The notes under the pieces are model-generated. The model saw only the letters and a program-made list of their open reading frames with translations, did no database searches and was not told where the DNA came from. Source: Octopus bimaculoides (lineage: Eukaryota). From it: 64,000 nucleotides of DNA. Numbering within the stretch: position 1 is the stretch's first letter; each line of letters opens with the position of its first letter. This document shows, piece after piece, positions 1 through 11,200 of this stretch. The stretch is taken from positions 419,487 through 483,486 of the forward strand of contig NC_068983.1 in assembly GCF_001194135.2 (NCBI RefSeq), in the 5' to 3' direction. Made by a program: the position numbers and the translations under genes.

Positions 1-206
1 TATTGCTTTTTGAAATAAGTAACTAAAGAAAGTGCTTCATCAGAATTGGCCCAGGGTTACACAACAACAGCAAGATTTTCAAGCTCTTCAAACTCTTCAA
101 CTGATGACTTCCACCCATTTGCTCCCATGTAATTGGACAACCGTCATACAAAACATTCCCATTAGTTTCTTCTGATTCATATTCTGAGACATCCCACGAA
201 TAACAA
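1..206 (-). pseudogene. Candidate exon or decayed coding segment, runs off the window edge
   Basis: Minus-strand acceptor ctttttgccttttaaacag| before 206. One frame reads CYSWDVSEYESEETNGNVLYDGCPITWEQMG..., another reads ...WKSSVEEFEELENLAVVV*PWANSDEALSLVTYFKKQ. Every frame hits a stop and no family was recognised. Confidence 0.22.
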
Positions 207-568
207 CTGTTTAAAAGGCAAAAAGCTTCTGTTATTCGGTATAAAAGATCAGTTCAGAAACTTTTAAATCTGTCGACCTCGTCACAAACTGAACTATTAC
301 CAACTACAACAGCACTTTCCTATTCTAACAATTAATCACTCTCTCAACAAAACAGTTATGTAATCTTGGAGTTTAATGCTATGAGTTTAAAAGAAGGTTC
401 ACTCATCTACTTTTAACAACGATAAAATCAATTTATTATCGATGATAACCTATTTTAAGCAATTAAACTGATAGCAAACGAAAAATCATTTAATGAACCA
501 ATTTTTATCAACAGATATTTCAAATGTTAACCTCATCAAATGTCAGAAATTAAAGGGAAATAATTTAC

Positions 569-620
569 CTTGCAGTGAGCTGGGAAAGCAAGGGATATTA
601 AGAACTACATAAAGCTTATA
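569..620 (-). CDS. Candidate 52-nt internal exon of an unidentified minus-strand transcript
   Basis: Acceptor tttttttttttag| and donor caag|gtaaat. The only open frame is YKLYVVLNIPCFPSSLQ. Confidence 0.33.
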
Positions 621-1136
621 CTAAAAAAAAAAAATCATCTTTTTTGATAATAATAATAATAATAATAATTAATTTTGGGAGAAGGATAGCAGTTTTGACG
701 GAAGTTACTTTATCGACTCTGGCCGAATGAGAGGCACAATGCCGTAGATGCAATTGTCATATGTTTTTATTTGTATTATTGATTGATCGTACTTTATTAC
801 TGATAGAGATTGATAAACGAGTGATGCTTATTCACGGAAATATAGAAAAATTTCCATTTAAGGGCGAGATTCTAAATGGGCTTAATCTTTCAGTGGGTTT
901 AATCTTTCTGCTTTTAAAAAATAAAATGCATTTTCTCATGTCTAATTCAATGATCTCGGAATAAAAACTGAAAGGTCTTGCAGGACCACCGATAAAAATC
1001 ATGGAATATTCCGAATGTCATGAAATTTCGTTAATATTTGTTCCTTTCTAAAATATTCTTTAGAATTGAGAATGGTTTCATATTCACCTTGAAATACGCA
1101 TCTCACATACACAGGCACACGCGCGCGCACATACAT

Positions 1137-1223
1137 GCATACACATTTACGTAAACACACCAGCACCAGTTGTCAAGCGGTAGTAGCGGTCCAAACGCAG
1201 ACACTAAGACACACACACATCTG

Positions 1224-1270
<47 letters not shown>

Positions 1271-1445
1271 ATCTATCTGTATATCTATCTTTCTGTCTGT
1301 CTGTCTATTTATCTATACATATATACGACGGGTTTCTTTCAGTTTCCACCTACCAGATTCCCCCACAAAGCTTTGTCGGCCCAAGACAATAGTAGATGAC
1401 ATCTACTCAATTTTCCACGCAGTGGGACTGAACAGAGTGTTCTAG
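1137..1445 (-). mobile_element. tRNA-derived SINE (type A, CORE-like) with internal (TCTA)n
   Basis: Shares blocks (gttgtcaagcg, ggtttctttcagtttcc, cacgcagtgggactgaa) with the copies at 28.5, 44.7 and 53.8 kb. Confidence 0.78.
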
Positions 1446-1690
1446 CCACAACACAATGTCTCATCGGCAGATAATACCGCGATGACATTTTCGGACAACT
1501 GCTTTTGATGTGGTTATCTTCAGTGCGAACTCCAGAAATTCTGCATCGCCTGTCACATTTTACTGCTTTTCCCGCATTTCTGTCCCTTTTGTGCATCAGT
1601 TATTTAGTTGATATTTCCTGTTCCTAGATTGCAAACGCATACCCTTCAGTAACGGATTTCTTCTGCTAGCAATAAGAGAAACACCTTTTG
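1446..1690 (-). mobile_element. RLE-type non-LTR retrotransposon fragment (degenerate CCHC zinc-knuckle region)
   Basis: Frameshifted EGYAFAI*EQEISTK*LMHKRDRNA / KCDRRCRISGVRTEDNHIKSSCPKMSSRYYLPMRH. Similar to the fragment at 34.6-35.0 kb. Confidence 0.6.
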
Positions 1691-1764
1691 ATTATCAATG
1701 TAGCGTTGCTAAGACTGCATTACAAAATATTTTAAAGATAGAAGTCATCAGTTAGGAGACTTGT

Positions 1765-1960
1765 TGTTGCTGTTTAATTCCAGGTCAGTTATGATCCAGT
1801 ACGCCTAGGGTCAAAGATATTCCAGTTATGATCATTCCGTCGCTTTAGCAGATATCCTAAAGTCGGTTGTGTATTATTCGAGAGAAACTTAACTCCTATT
1901 CCGAGCGCAACGACTGACTAAACAGATCCTTTCCTTGTTAGCTTTTAGAAGACAAATAAG
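1765..1960 (-). repeat. Decayed interspersed repeat; related pieces at about 14430-14640 (+) and 30350-30560 (+)
   Basis: Shared degenerate motifs (ctgctagaaatagcag / ctgctaaaaagagcag, and ggatggtca..g) compared by eye. Confidence 0.35.
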
Positions 1961-3100
1961 AGAACTTGCTGACAATGTTTGTGGAAGATTTTGGAGTTAA
2001 AACTCCATCTCCAGTAAGACAGAAGTGAGTTTCCCCAGTGAGAGGCGTTCAAAACTGGGGCAGATACATGTTTTATGATTATCCACTTAGATTAAACATA
2101 TTAACTGCTTAAGAACAGACTTTAGACTTCAGAGAAAAGACAACTCTGATATTGTATTTGGTTAGCAAGACTCATAATATGAATTTGTGTGTTGAAACAA
2201 AACCTTGTTGTCATTTTGCCAGTAAAAATTAAAGCAAACACATGCATTGTTTCAATCCCATCCTAGACACAAGATGACTTTTTTACTCTCAGATTTTACC
2301 TGCCAGAATTCTTGAAATTAAGGAAAATTGGAAAAGTTATTACATCATTAGATAATGTGCTTAGTAGCATTTTATTTTGTCTCTCAGTGCACAGAGTTCA
2401 AAATTACTTTCCATTCTTCGCAGGTTGAGAAATGAGGGATCAATCAGTACTAGGACCAATTCTTCATTTCTTTTCTTAAAATCGGTTGTAATCTACTGAA
2501 AAGTGCCACTTTGATTTATGCATCGCAAACTCTAATTCTATTGCACGAAGACTTTGGCAGAATGCGTGGAATCGGAAGCTAAGAAACAAAAGCAAAGTCT
2601 TTTGATGTGCAATGAGTCTGTATTCTGATACTTGTATTCTGAACTTTAAATACTTGACACGCAGAGGAAAGAAATTGCTGTGGGTCAGGATTAAAGCAGG
2701 GTGACTGGAAACGGTAGAAAGTGTAGAAATTGTAAGAAACTGAAGACAAAAAACAACGAAGAAGGAAAAAGAGTGACCCAACCTGTAACTTCTTGCGTTA
2801 TTTCTATGCCCACGATGCCTGGTGGGAGGATTAAAGGGGCAGTGATATAAACGCTATTTTCTTAGTCCCCTTTTAACATAAAGAAAGAGGAAACGAGAGG
2901 GTGTATATGTGTGAGAAGCAGAGAGAAAGAAAAAGGAGAGAGAGAGAGAGAAGAAATGGTGTCTACTTGGCTGCTATTTTATCAACCTTTTTGTACGAAG
3001 ATCAAAAGTGGCTTCGGTGAGATTTGAACTCAGAGCACCAGTATGCCTAGGTATAACGATTTGACCAATGCTCCTTTTTATTCGTCGTTTTATAGCTTTA

Positions 3101-4026
3101 TTGGGTCATCCCATAAATAATGCGGTTTTTTTATACTTGTTTTATTTTTCAAAATTAGGATAAACAAAGTTCCTTTATAATCTAAAATATACTCTCCTTC
3201 ATTTTCTACAATGTTCTTCCATCTATCTGGTTGATGTGCAAGACCCCTCTTCCAAAATTCACTTACCCATGACGAAAAATAATTCCTCAGCACTGTTCTG
3301 ACCCCGTCTGCAGAATACATATTTTCCTGTTCAAATGATTTCGAAGACAGCGGAATAAATGATAATCAGATGATGGGGCAATGTCCAGTGAATAAGCTAG
3401 GTGGAGCATCATTTCCCATTTAAACTGCTCCAGCCTTTGGAATGCCATCCTCGGTGTATGCGGCCGAGCATTTCCTGATGGAACAACATCTTTCGTCTTG
3501 AAACCAAAGATGGTCGTTTTTCTTCTAGCGCTGGTATCAATGAATGGTTGAATGACCAAATCCAAGCTTCTCTGCTAGTTCCTCAACAGTTACGATGGGA
3601 TTTTGTTCCACCAGGATCTGCAGAACGTCATCGTCGAACTCTACAGATATTCCAGGAAGAGTCTCGTCTTCTAGGCTGTATTTTCCGGCTCGGAATTTCT
3701 GGAACCAACGTTGACACTGGCTTATGCTTATTGTCCGATCCTCATATACTGCATTAATATTCCTCGCACTCCCTGTTGCATCGTTACCTTTATTGAACTC
3801 ATAAAGCAAAATGCGCCGAATATGCACCTTTGTCACTTTCATTATAGCTTTGAAAAAAATAACTGTTAAAATCGAACTGCACTCTTCAAAACTTGCACTA
3901 AGAATAAGGACAAGGTAAAATTACTACCTGCTTTCATAGCAAGTTGATGCAGGTAGTTTATTCCGTCCCCCTCCAACTTTTAGTTAATGCAATTGAAAAA
4001 ACTACATTATTTATGGGATGACCCAA
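3101..4026 (-). mobile_element. Mariner DNA transposon, internally deleted and non-autonomous
   Basis: About 31-bp TIRs: ttgggtcatcccataaataatgcggtttttt (3101-) and aaaaaactacattatttatgggatgacccaa (-4026). TA at 3099-3100 and 4027-4028. Minus frames encode the HTH N-terminus (MKVTKVHIRRILLYEFNKG...QRWFQKFRAG) and the C-terminal NARPH...AYSLDIAPSSDYHLFR. The WVPH-to-first-Asp segment is missing. Confidence 0.93.
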
Positions 4027-4039
4027 TACACTCCACACA

Positions 4040-4105
4040 CGCATACACACACACGCGCTCACACACACACACACACACACACGCACACACACACACACAC
4101 ACGCT

Positions 4106-4144
<39 letters not shown>

Positions 4145-4176
4145 GCTCATTCACACACACACACACACACACACAC
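4040..4176. repeat. (CA)n microsatellite
   Basis: Direct inspection. Confidence 0.95.
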
Positions 4177-4659
4177 ATTATTCCTTGAATAATCTTAGCT
4201 TAAAAAGTGTTTACACTTACTAATACATATATTGATATATTGTCGAGAGATTGTCTGGAATATTCTTTCGTAATAATAAGTTTTAAATGGGGAAGAAAAT
4301 AGGAAACCAGATGTCGGTGCTCTTAAAGAAATATTTACAAGCAAACCTTAAATTCATGTCGAATCATTGTATATAGTATATGTGTGAATGTACGTTGGTG
4401 TATGTATGTATGGGTCTAGGTACGTATGTATGTGTGTATGTATATGTGTATGTATTTTGAGGTGAACATGGGATTCTAAGAAATATTTTGAGAAAGAAAC
4501 AAATATTAATGAAATTTAAAGACTCGTAGAATATTCGATGATAGTTAGCAGAAATTTTGTTTCCATTTTGTTCCAATAGAATGACAACATCACTAGTAAT
4601 CAGCGGTCTGACAGGTTTATAACGGCTTGGAATTATTAAAACGTGCAACATGGCTGATA

Positions 4660-4856
4660 TGACGTCATAGAAAACATACATATTGATGAGACTGTAGTAG
4701 TAGCAGTGGTGGTTGTGGGAGTAGCAGTAGTAGCAGTAAGCCTTTGTTACCACACAAAGAACATTGATCATGTAGATAAATCACCGAAAAACAGAAGCGA
4801 AATTTTACTACAAAGAAAAAAAAAATCACGTTAAAATTTTCTGTTGCCATAGCGAC
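4660..4856. promoter_or_regulatory. CRE (TGACGTCA 4660-4667) and RFX X-box-like site (GTTGCCATAGCGAC 4843-4856)
   Basis: Motif matches only, in non-repetitive DNA. Confidence 0.25.
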
Positions 4857-6196
4857 CGGAGTTTTCTCGTCAATTGATAATTTCACTTGTGGAGAATAAA
4901 TCTGTTATTAATCCTGGTTTCTTGTCAAGATTTATGTTTTGCTAGTTTGGATGTTCTAAGATAAGAATTACCAGTAATAACTTAATCTATTATAGATTTC
5001 AAAGACAGGTTTGTTAGAGAATTAGGAAACGGAATTTATTGGCAATTGTAAAGGTGTTTGGAACTGTTTCTTCCAAATTTTTCTTTGAACATTGAATTTG
5101 AAGATCTCAAACGTTAAAATATTTACAAAATCTAAAACTACAAAAATACCTTTTTTACGGAGAACTTTGCAATGATAAATGAGTTAATAAAGAATTAAAT
5201 TACGGCGATCATGTTCATTAGGATGTTTAGATTATCTTTTAATAAATCATCTTATAGATAATTGTCTATCGATGGTAATATTCCAGGTTAAGAACTGAGA
5301 TGGTGTATTCTTCGTATGTGCCATTCTCTTTGGTTACCAGAGGAACATAAACTATGTATACAACACACTGGAACCGTGGTCGCAAACATAGATTCTAATA
5401 CTCTGCAGAGTATTTTAGAGAATTCTTTATCACTGCAAATTACTAAGTTCTTGAAATTCGTCCCTTATCTAAATTTGTGTCGGTCAGCAGCACGAGTCGA
5501 ATTTTATATTTTTTCATTGGATTTTCAACCAGACAAGGTATTTTAAGGGATAAATTCTCAGATTTAGTGGAGAAGAAGAGTTTCTGAAGAGAATTAGAAA
5601 CAGAAATGATATGAAGAAATGACCACCACCTGCACTCGGTCTCCAGTTACAGATTAACGTAGAGAGATTACATAAAGAAATAATGAATTTGTGTCTCCAG
5701 ACAGTCGTAGTAATTCCTTCTAATAGACCAAACATTTAAAATATTTAATCTGAGATAGCTTTTCGTTTGAGAAAATATTAAAAGGTTCAAAGACTATGGT
5801 TAATAAATTGATCACAAAAGTATGAATAACTAGTCAGAGGTTGGTGACTTTAATCAAACGCTTATTCCATGCCAAGGTGTCAGTGGTAGAAAACACCTCA
5901 GATTATCAAGATAAAGTAAAATAGTTTATTTCTTGAAGCACTTGGAATGTTTTCTTAAAAAAAAAGATGCAAATCTATTTAAAAAAAAAAGAAACAATTT
6001 TTAAAAAAACAAACATTGAAGAAATGAAGAGTTGAGATTAATCAGTCAATAAAAGTAACTTTAAAAACAACGTTATTTTTAGGCCAACTTCATATTTTCT
6101 AAGCATTTCTTATTCACCCAGAGTTTTCGTGCTTCACTGAACCTTATCTGCTTTCTAAAAAACAAAAATCTTATTAAAGATATTTTTTATTAATAC

Positions 6197-6303
6197 ACAC
6201 ACGCGCGCACCGACACACACACGCAGACACACACACACAGACACACACACACACACAGACACACACACACACACACAGACACTGACACAGACAGACAGAC
6301 ACA

Positions 6304-6373
<70 letters not shown>
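6197..6373. repeat. (CA)n / (CAGA) compound microsatellite
   Basis: Direct inspection. Confidence 0.95.
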
Positions 6374-6379
<6 letters not shown>

Positions 6380-6707
6380 GTTGGTGGAGCGATCTAGCTT
6401 GTACTTCAGGAAAGCAGGTTGCCAACTTTAATTATCAGCGAAGTGTGTGTATTCCAAGTAGCAGAAGGATTGACATGTGTTTTACACTACTTGAACAAAC
6501 CAATATCTACGATTATCTTCAATATCTCTCAGATGTAATCGACACCTTATCATGCAGAAATATTTGATTGGAACTGTGAGATCGATATCACTAAGAATTT
6601 CGATAAATTTAACGAATTTAAGAAGTAAATGATTTTAAAACCTCTCACAACGTGCTCCAATTACAAAAAATCAATTAGATAAGATATAAATTGACATTTC
6701 CTATTAC

Positions 6708-6784
6708 AACAGGAAGTGACATGAGGGTGATTTAGCTACTAGTTCTATATTAAAGAAATGGCGGAATAGATCGTACTAGTAAGT
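6708..6784 (+). promoter_or_regulatory. Possible promoter and first exon: ETS-like CAGGAAGTG, YY1-like AAATGGCGG, donor cta|gtaagt at 6779
   Basis: Three motifs typical of housekeeping TSS regions, in the expected order within 75 bp. Confidence 0.28.
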
Positions 6785-7826
6785 AGTTATACTGTTATGC
6801 TTAATGTGATTTCACTGTCTTGGCTTCTAATTTCACTGAAAGCGATCAAATTGTTCCTGTGGTTGTGTTTTAATAGCTATGAGTAAAGGATCAAATTCAT
6901 TGAGTGATTTATAAACAAAACCTTTCTACCGAGTTCAATGAAGTCAATGATCATCAGTTTTGTATCTTATGGAATCTCAATAAAATAGATTTAGATCCCT
7001 TGTTAAATATCTATTTTACTCAGCCTCAAAGTTGGTGGGCACATGCCTAGCTGCATGTTTAAAGTCTTTTGTTTTAACAACTACGTTGTTTAGTGTTCAG
7101 TTCCACTGCTTGCCACTCCATCCCGGTGTCTTCAACCATAGTTGATCAAAGCTTCGAAAATGACAAAAATGATAAACAGAAGAAACTGTGAGGAAGCAAC
7201 TTTAAAAGGTCGTTACTATTGTTGTATAATTAAATTAATCTGTGTCCTGATTGAACAGCCTTACTTCCTGGCACTTGGATGATTCAGACAACTTCACTGC
7301 ATTATAAAGATTAGTTCCAAATCTTTGATCGAGGGATTATTTCCTGCTATTTTGGAAATCCTGGAATTAGTCATCGCGACTTCTTTTCCTCTTACGATTA
7401 AGAGTCACAATAATTTTTGTTGGAATAAAAGACATTTGTAGTAAAATTTTCAGATGATAACAATATAGATAAACAGTCATAAAAAATGTTTAAAACAGCA
7501 AATATCAAAGCTGTATATTTATTTGTTTGAACTAGAAATAATGTTGGAAATTGTGTTAAGGATATCGGATGGGAATACAAACACTTTGATTCTAATATAT
7601 TGCGTATTATTTAAAAATCTGTGTCTTCCTAAAGAAATATTTAATATTCTTGGCAAAACCCAACAACATTGCTGTTTTATCATCGATCTATAGACAATAA
7701 GCAACAACTAAAGAAATTAAAACCGAATATATGCAGAAACATTGTTAATTAAATGAAGGTTATTACCAGAAGTCTTGAAATAATTTCTAAATCAAATAAA
7801 GAGCAAATTTGTTGGTTTTATTGCAG

Positions 7827-7925
7827 GTCAATCGTGAATCTGCCGACCAAGAGCCAAAAGCACCTCTTGCGAGACTGTGGGATTACATAGTCTATTTAAG
7901 AAGAGATAGCGACTATGTCTAGAAG
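7827..7925 (+). other. Candidate 99-nt exon (5'UTR, with possible ATG at 7915)
   Basis: Acceptor ttggttttattgcag|G and donor aag|gtcagg. All frames have stops before actATGtctagaag. Confidence 0.27.
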
Positions 7926-8950
7926 GTCAGGTGCCCCACCCCGCCACCATAGAAGACCTTAGTGTTATGTTGTGAACAATGAAATGATATTGTTATGCGT
8001 GGAAGAAAAGATTTTATGTTTAAAACATAACGGCTTTAGTTTAAAAAAAGAGTTGTGGTAAGAGAGATTTTAGAATGTTTGTTAAAGACGTTCTATGAGG
8101 AAGAATGGTCACAATTGTAATCATTGGTGTTTGGAGAGAAGAAATATTGATGAAAACAGACATTTAAGTTGTTAGAAAGAGAAATGAAACACTGTGTGTC
8201 CGGCATAATTTAATGATTGAATCACTGGAAATGAAATCTGTCGATTACATATATTTAGGCCCTGTTCGGAAAATGAAGAGTTCAAAAGCATCAGTAACCC
8301 GAACGTAATTTAGCAACTAATTTTCAAACAATTTAAAAGAGTTACTTTGTATAACGTTGAAACACATTGAAATGAAATTTATCAATCAGAAATTGGATAA
8401 TTAGAATTAAAATAAGTTAATTTCGGAGTTCAGAGATTGGAAACATGTTTCCACATACAACAATGATATGATTTAGGTGTGGTTACCTTGAAGTTAATTA
8501 TCATTTGTATAACACTTCAACTACAAAGATTTTATTAAAACTATTCTACCTTATAAGAGTAGAAGGTTTGGCAAGTTTATTGGTGTTGGTTATTGCTTGA
8601 AACTTGGGAATCTCTGAACAACGCAACAACTTTTAATAAAATCTGGTTTGGAACATGACCATAAAATAGACGTGTCATATTTAAAGTTGCTTCTGTAATT
8701 CCATAATATCGATCATATGAATTCGGTACATGAGCACACGCAACTCTCTTGTGTGTTTGTAAGCTGCGTGTGTATGCGTGCATGTGTGTTATATATGTGT
8801 AAGTGAATGTATACATGTTTGTGTAGCTGTATGCACATACGTGTGTATGCATATACGTGTATATGAGTTTCGGTCACTTCCGAAATGTAACCGCACGTGC
8901 ACTGTAGGTGATTTTCCTTATTTTTCCTTCTTTCTCTTTGGATTTTCCAC

Positions 8951-8985
8951 TTTCTGACGAGGAGCTATGCTAGAAACGTTAGCAA
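8951..8985 (+). ncRNA. Degenerate minimal type-I hammerhead motif in a Penelope-like terminal repeat
   Basis: CTGACGA G GAGC TAT GCTA GAAA CGT T. Core intact, stem II has one mismatch, stem III is the ACGT palindrome, stem I is not evident. Confidence 0.5.
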
Positions 8986-9093
8986 CAACTCTTTCCCTTT
9001 ATCGAACATCTAATTAATATATTCCTTGTGAACGTCCTCACGTTCGTTTTTTTCCTTTTATTTCTGTTTTTTTAATTGTTTGTTTATTTGTAT

Positions 9094-9128
<35 letters not shown>

Positions 9129-9131
9129 CTA

Positions 9132-9956
9132 GGAAAAATGCGAGCAAGAGACATAATATTCTTAAGATTATAAATCTGGAAAAGTTCAGGACAAGTTATT
9201 ACATCTGGTAAAGCACAGAACAAGAACATTTTTACTTAAAAAATTGCACCTAGAGATAAAATTTCAAATAAGATATTTAGATTTAGAAAATATTAGCTTT
9301 TATTAAAACTAAAAATTGTATTACAAGTTATTCTATTTGTTATCACTTGTTAATATGAAATATAAAATAACTCAAAATATTTTTTGCACTTAAAAAAAAT
9401 TCATTTTTTAAATCATTAATTAATAATTAGAAATTTGAAAATAATTTATAAAGAATGATACTAGCACATAATTAGTTAATACAATAGATAAAATACAAAA
9501 ATTAGTTATATATTACAGTGAAATTTACCTATAACAACAAATTCACAGTAAACTTTACTTGAGTTATTGCCTAAGTTATTGCCAAATCTTCACATTTTTA
9601 GTATTGACCCAATGCCTATTTTTACATAATGAATTTGCCTACCTATTCTACTTTGCATAAAACGTTAGCTATATTAGTACTTCTAGCTCTCCTTTTTAAT
9701 ATATTCTAGAGTATCAATATTTTTACAAAATGATGGTACCTTTTGAACTATAACGTTATTTTGTAAATTAAAATCAAATAATTTTTAATACTTAAATTTT
9801 ATCCTTAGCTGCAATTTTTTTAGATAAAAATTTTCTTCTTCTGTATTTTACCAGATGTAATAATTTGTCCTGAACTTTTCCGAGTGTAAGAACTTGTCCT
9901 GTACTTTTCCAGATTTATAATCTTAAGAATATTATTTCTCTTACTCGCATTTTTCC
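9132..9956. mobile_element. Non-autonomous TIR element (fold-back/MITE-like) with about 140-170 bp inverted arms
   Basis: Left ggaaaaatgcgagcaagagacataatattcttaagattataaatctggaaaagttcaggac matches the reverse complement of 9790-9956. No TSD identified. Confidence 0.75.
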
Positions 9957-10720
9957 ATGTAATCCATATTTTTTCCAGGCTGTGCTATTATACTTATTAA
10001 TAACCGGACTGTGTTTATATGATATAATTGCATTAATTAATACAGATGACGTAATTAAACTAATTGCAAATTAGCGGTGTCATTGATAATTTCTTCCTTA
10101 TCTTAATGATGCCGGTGATACATATTAAAAGTCCCCTTATAGAACTATATTCATAAAAAAAGTATAGAACTATATCATCACTCTCAAATTTTGGAAAAAA
10201 AAACACTCAAGTGTTTTTTTTTAAAACTTCATTGCACAAGATTGATACCATGAAATTCCTCGAATTAAGCTCTATCATTTAAGCTTAATTAAAATATAGG
10301 TTGCTTTTAAATAAAAAAGTTAATTATACTTAGATCCAAGTTTTTGCCTTATAATGTTTTCGTGATATTTTATCTCACAACATTTTTGATACAAGTCTTT
10401 GTTGCATGGGATCAAAACTATGAAACTTCTCATACTTTCTACTATCAATTGAAGCTAAGATAAATATATTTTGCTTTTAAAATAAAAAAAGAAGTTATTT
10501 AGATCTTCACTAGACTGGAGGTGTTTACTTACTCTCCTATAACGTTGCTACAAATTTTGATGTAAACCTTTTCTACTGGACCAGATCTCAATTATTTACG
10601 CTAAAATGTAGCCAGACACCAGTCCTCTTTTAAAATGTTAACAGGTTTCAATTTGGTAAAGAATTGAATTAGCGACAAAGCTCTGAAGATGATGTGTGTG
10701 AGTAAATTGCGGCCTTAAGA

Positions 10721-10775
10721 ATATCATTCAACTACTACCGTAGTTGAATGATATAACTTTGATAGGTTTCAGCCA

Positions 10776-10776
<1 letters not shown>
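10721..10776 (+). other. Perfect 15-bp hairpin followed by CCAG|T; possible Helitron-like 3' end
   Basis: ATATCATTCAACTAC-tacc-GTAGTTGAATGATAT at 10721-10754. Confidence 0.4.
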
Positions 10777-10811
<35 letters not shown>

Positions 10812-10821
10812 NNNNNNNNNN

Positions 10822-10849
<28 letters not shown>

Positions 10850-10855
<6 letters not shown>

Positions 10856-11200
10856 TAAAATGAGACAACAAAGCCAAGGCTGAGTGGAATTTTCAGGACG
10901 TTTATAAAGAGAAAGTTAGTCTTACAGCTGTTTCTGGGATATTAGGGATATCCCTTCATCAGTGTTAAATAGAAGGAAATATTAGAGTCCAGTATAAGGA
11001 GTTATTTTGGAAAAGGATGGAAATAAGAAGTATAAAGGGAAATAAGAGAATAAGAGTTAAAATATATATGTTGGATGGTATGGTTACAGTTCCATTATCC
11101 AAGGAAAGTGGTGTGTAGAAGTGGTAGAAATGCTTATTGTCCATGGTATTATGCAAATTCCGATAGAAGTTCATATTTTGTTATTACAAAATGGAAAGTG
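10850..11200 (-). mobile_element. Penelope-like pLTR / retrozyme-like repeat carrying H1
   Basis: Same layout and similar upstream block (ccactt.tacaccact...ataatgg.act) as 44110-44480. Abuts a dinucleotide tract. Confidence 0.55.
10919..10966 (-). ncRNA. Type-I hammerhead ribozyme motif (family H1)
   Basis: Minus strand: CTGATGA A GGGATAT cccta ATATCCC A GAAA CAGCTG TA AGAC. Perfect 7-bp stem II, palindromic ACAGCTGT stem III, GUA cleavage triplet. Confidence 0.75.

Noticed and set aside
5397-5414. Perfect 18-bp palindrome AATACTCTGCAGAGTATT
   Set aside because: One such palindrome is not unlikely in 64 kb of AT-rich DNA, and there is no supporting context.
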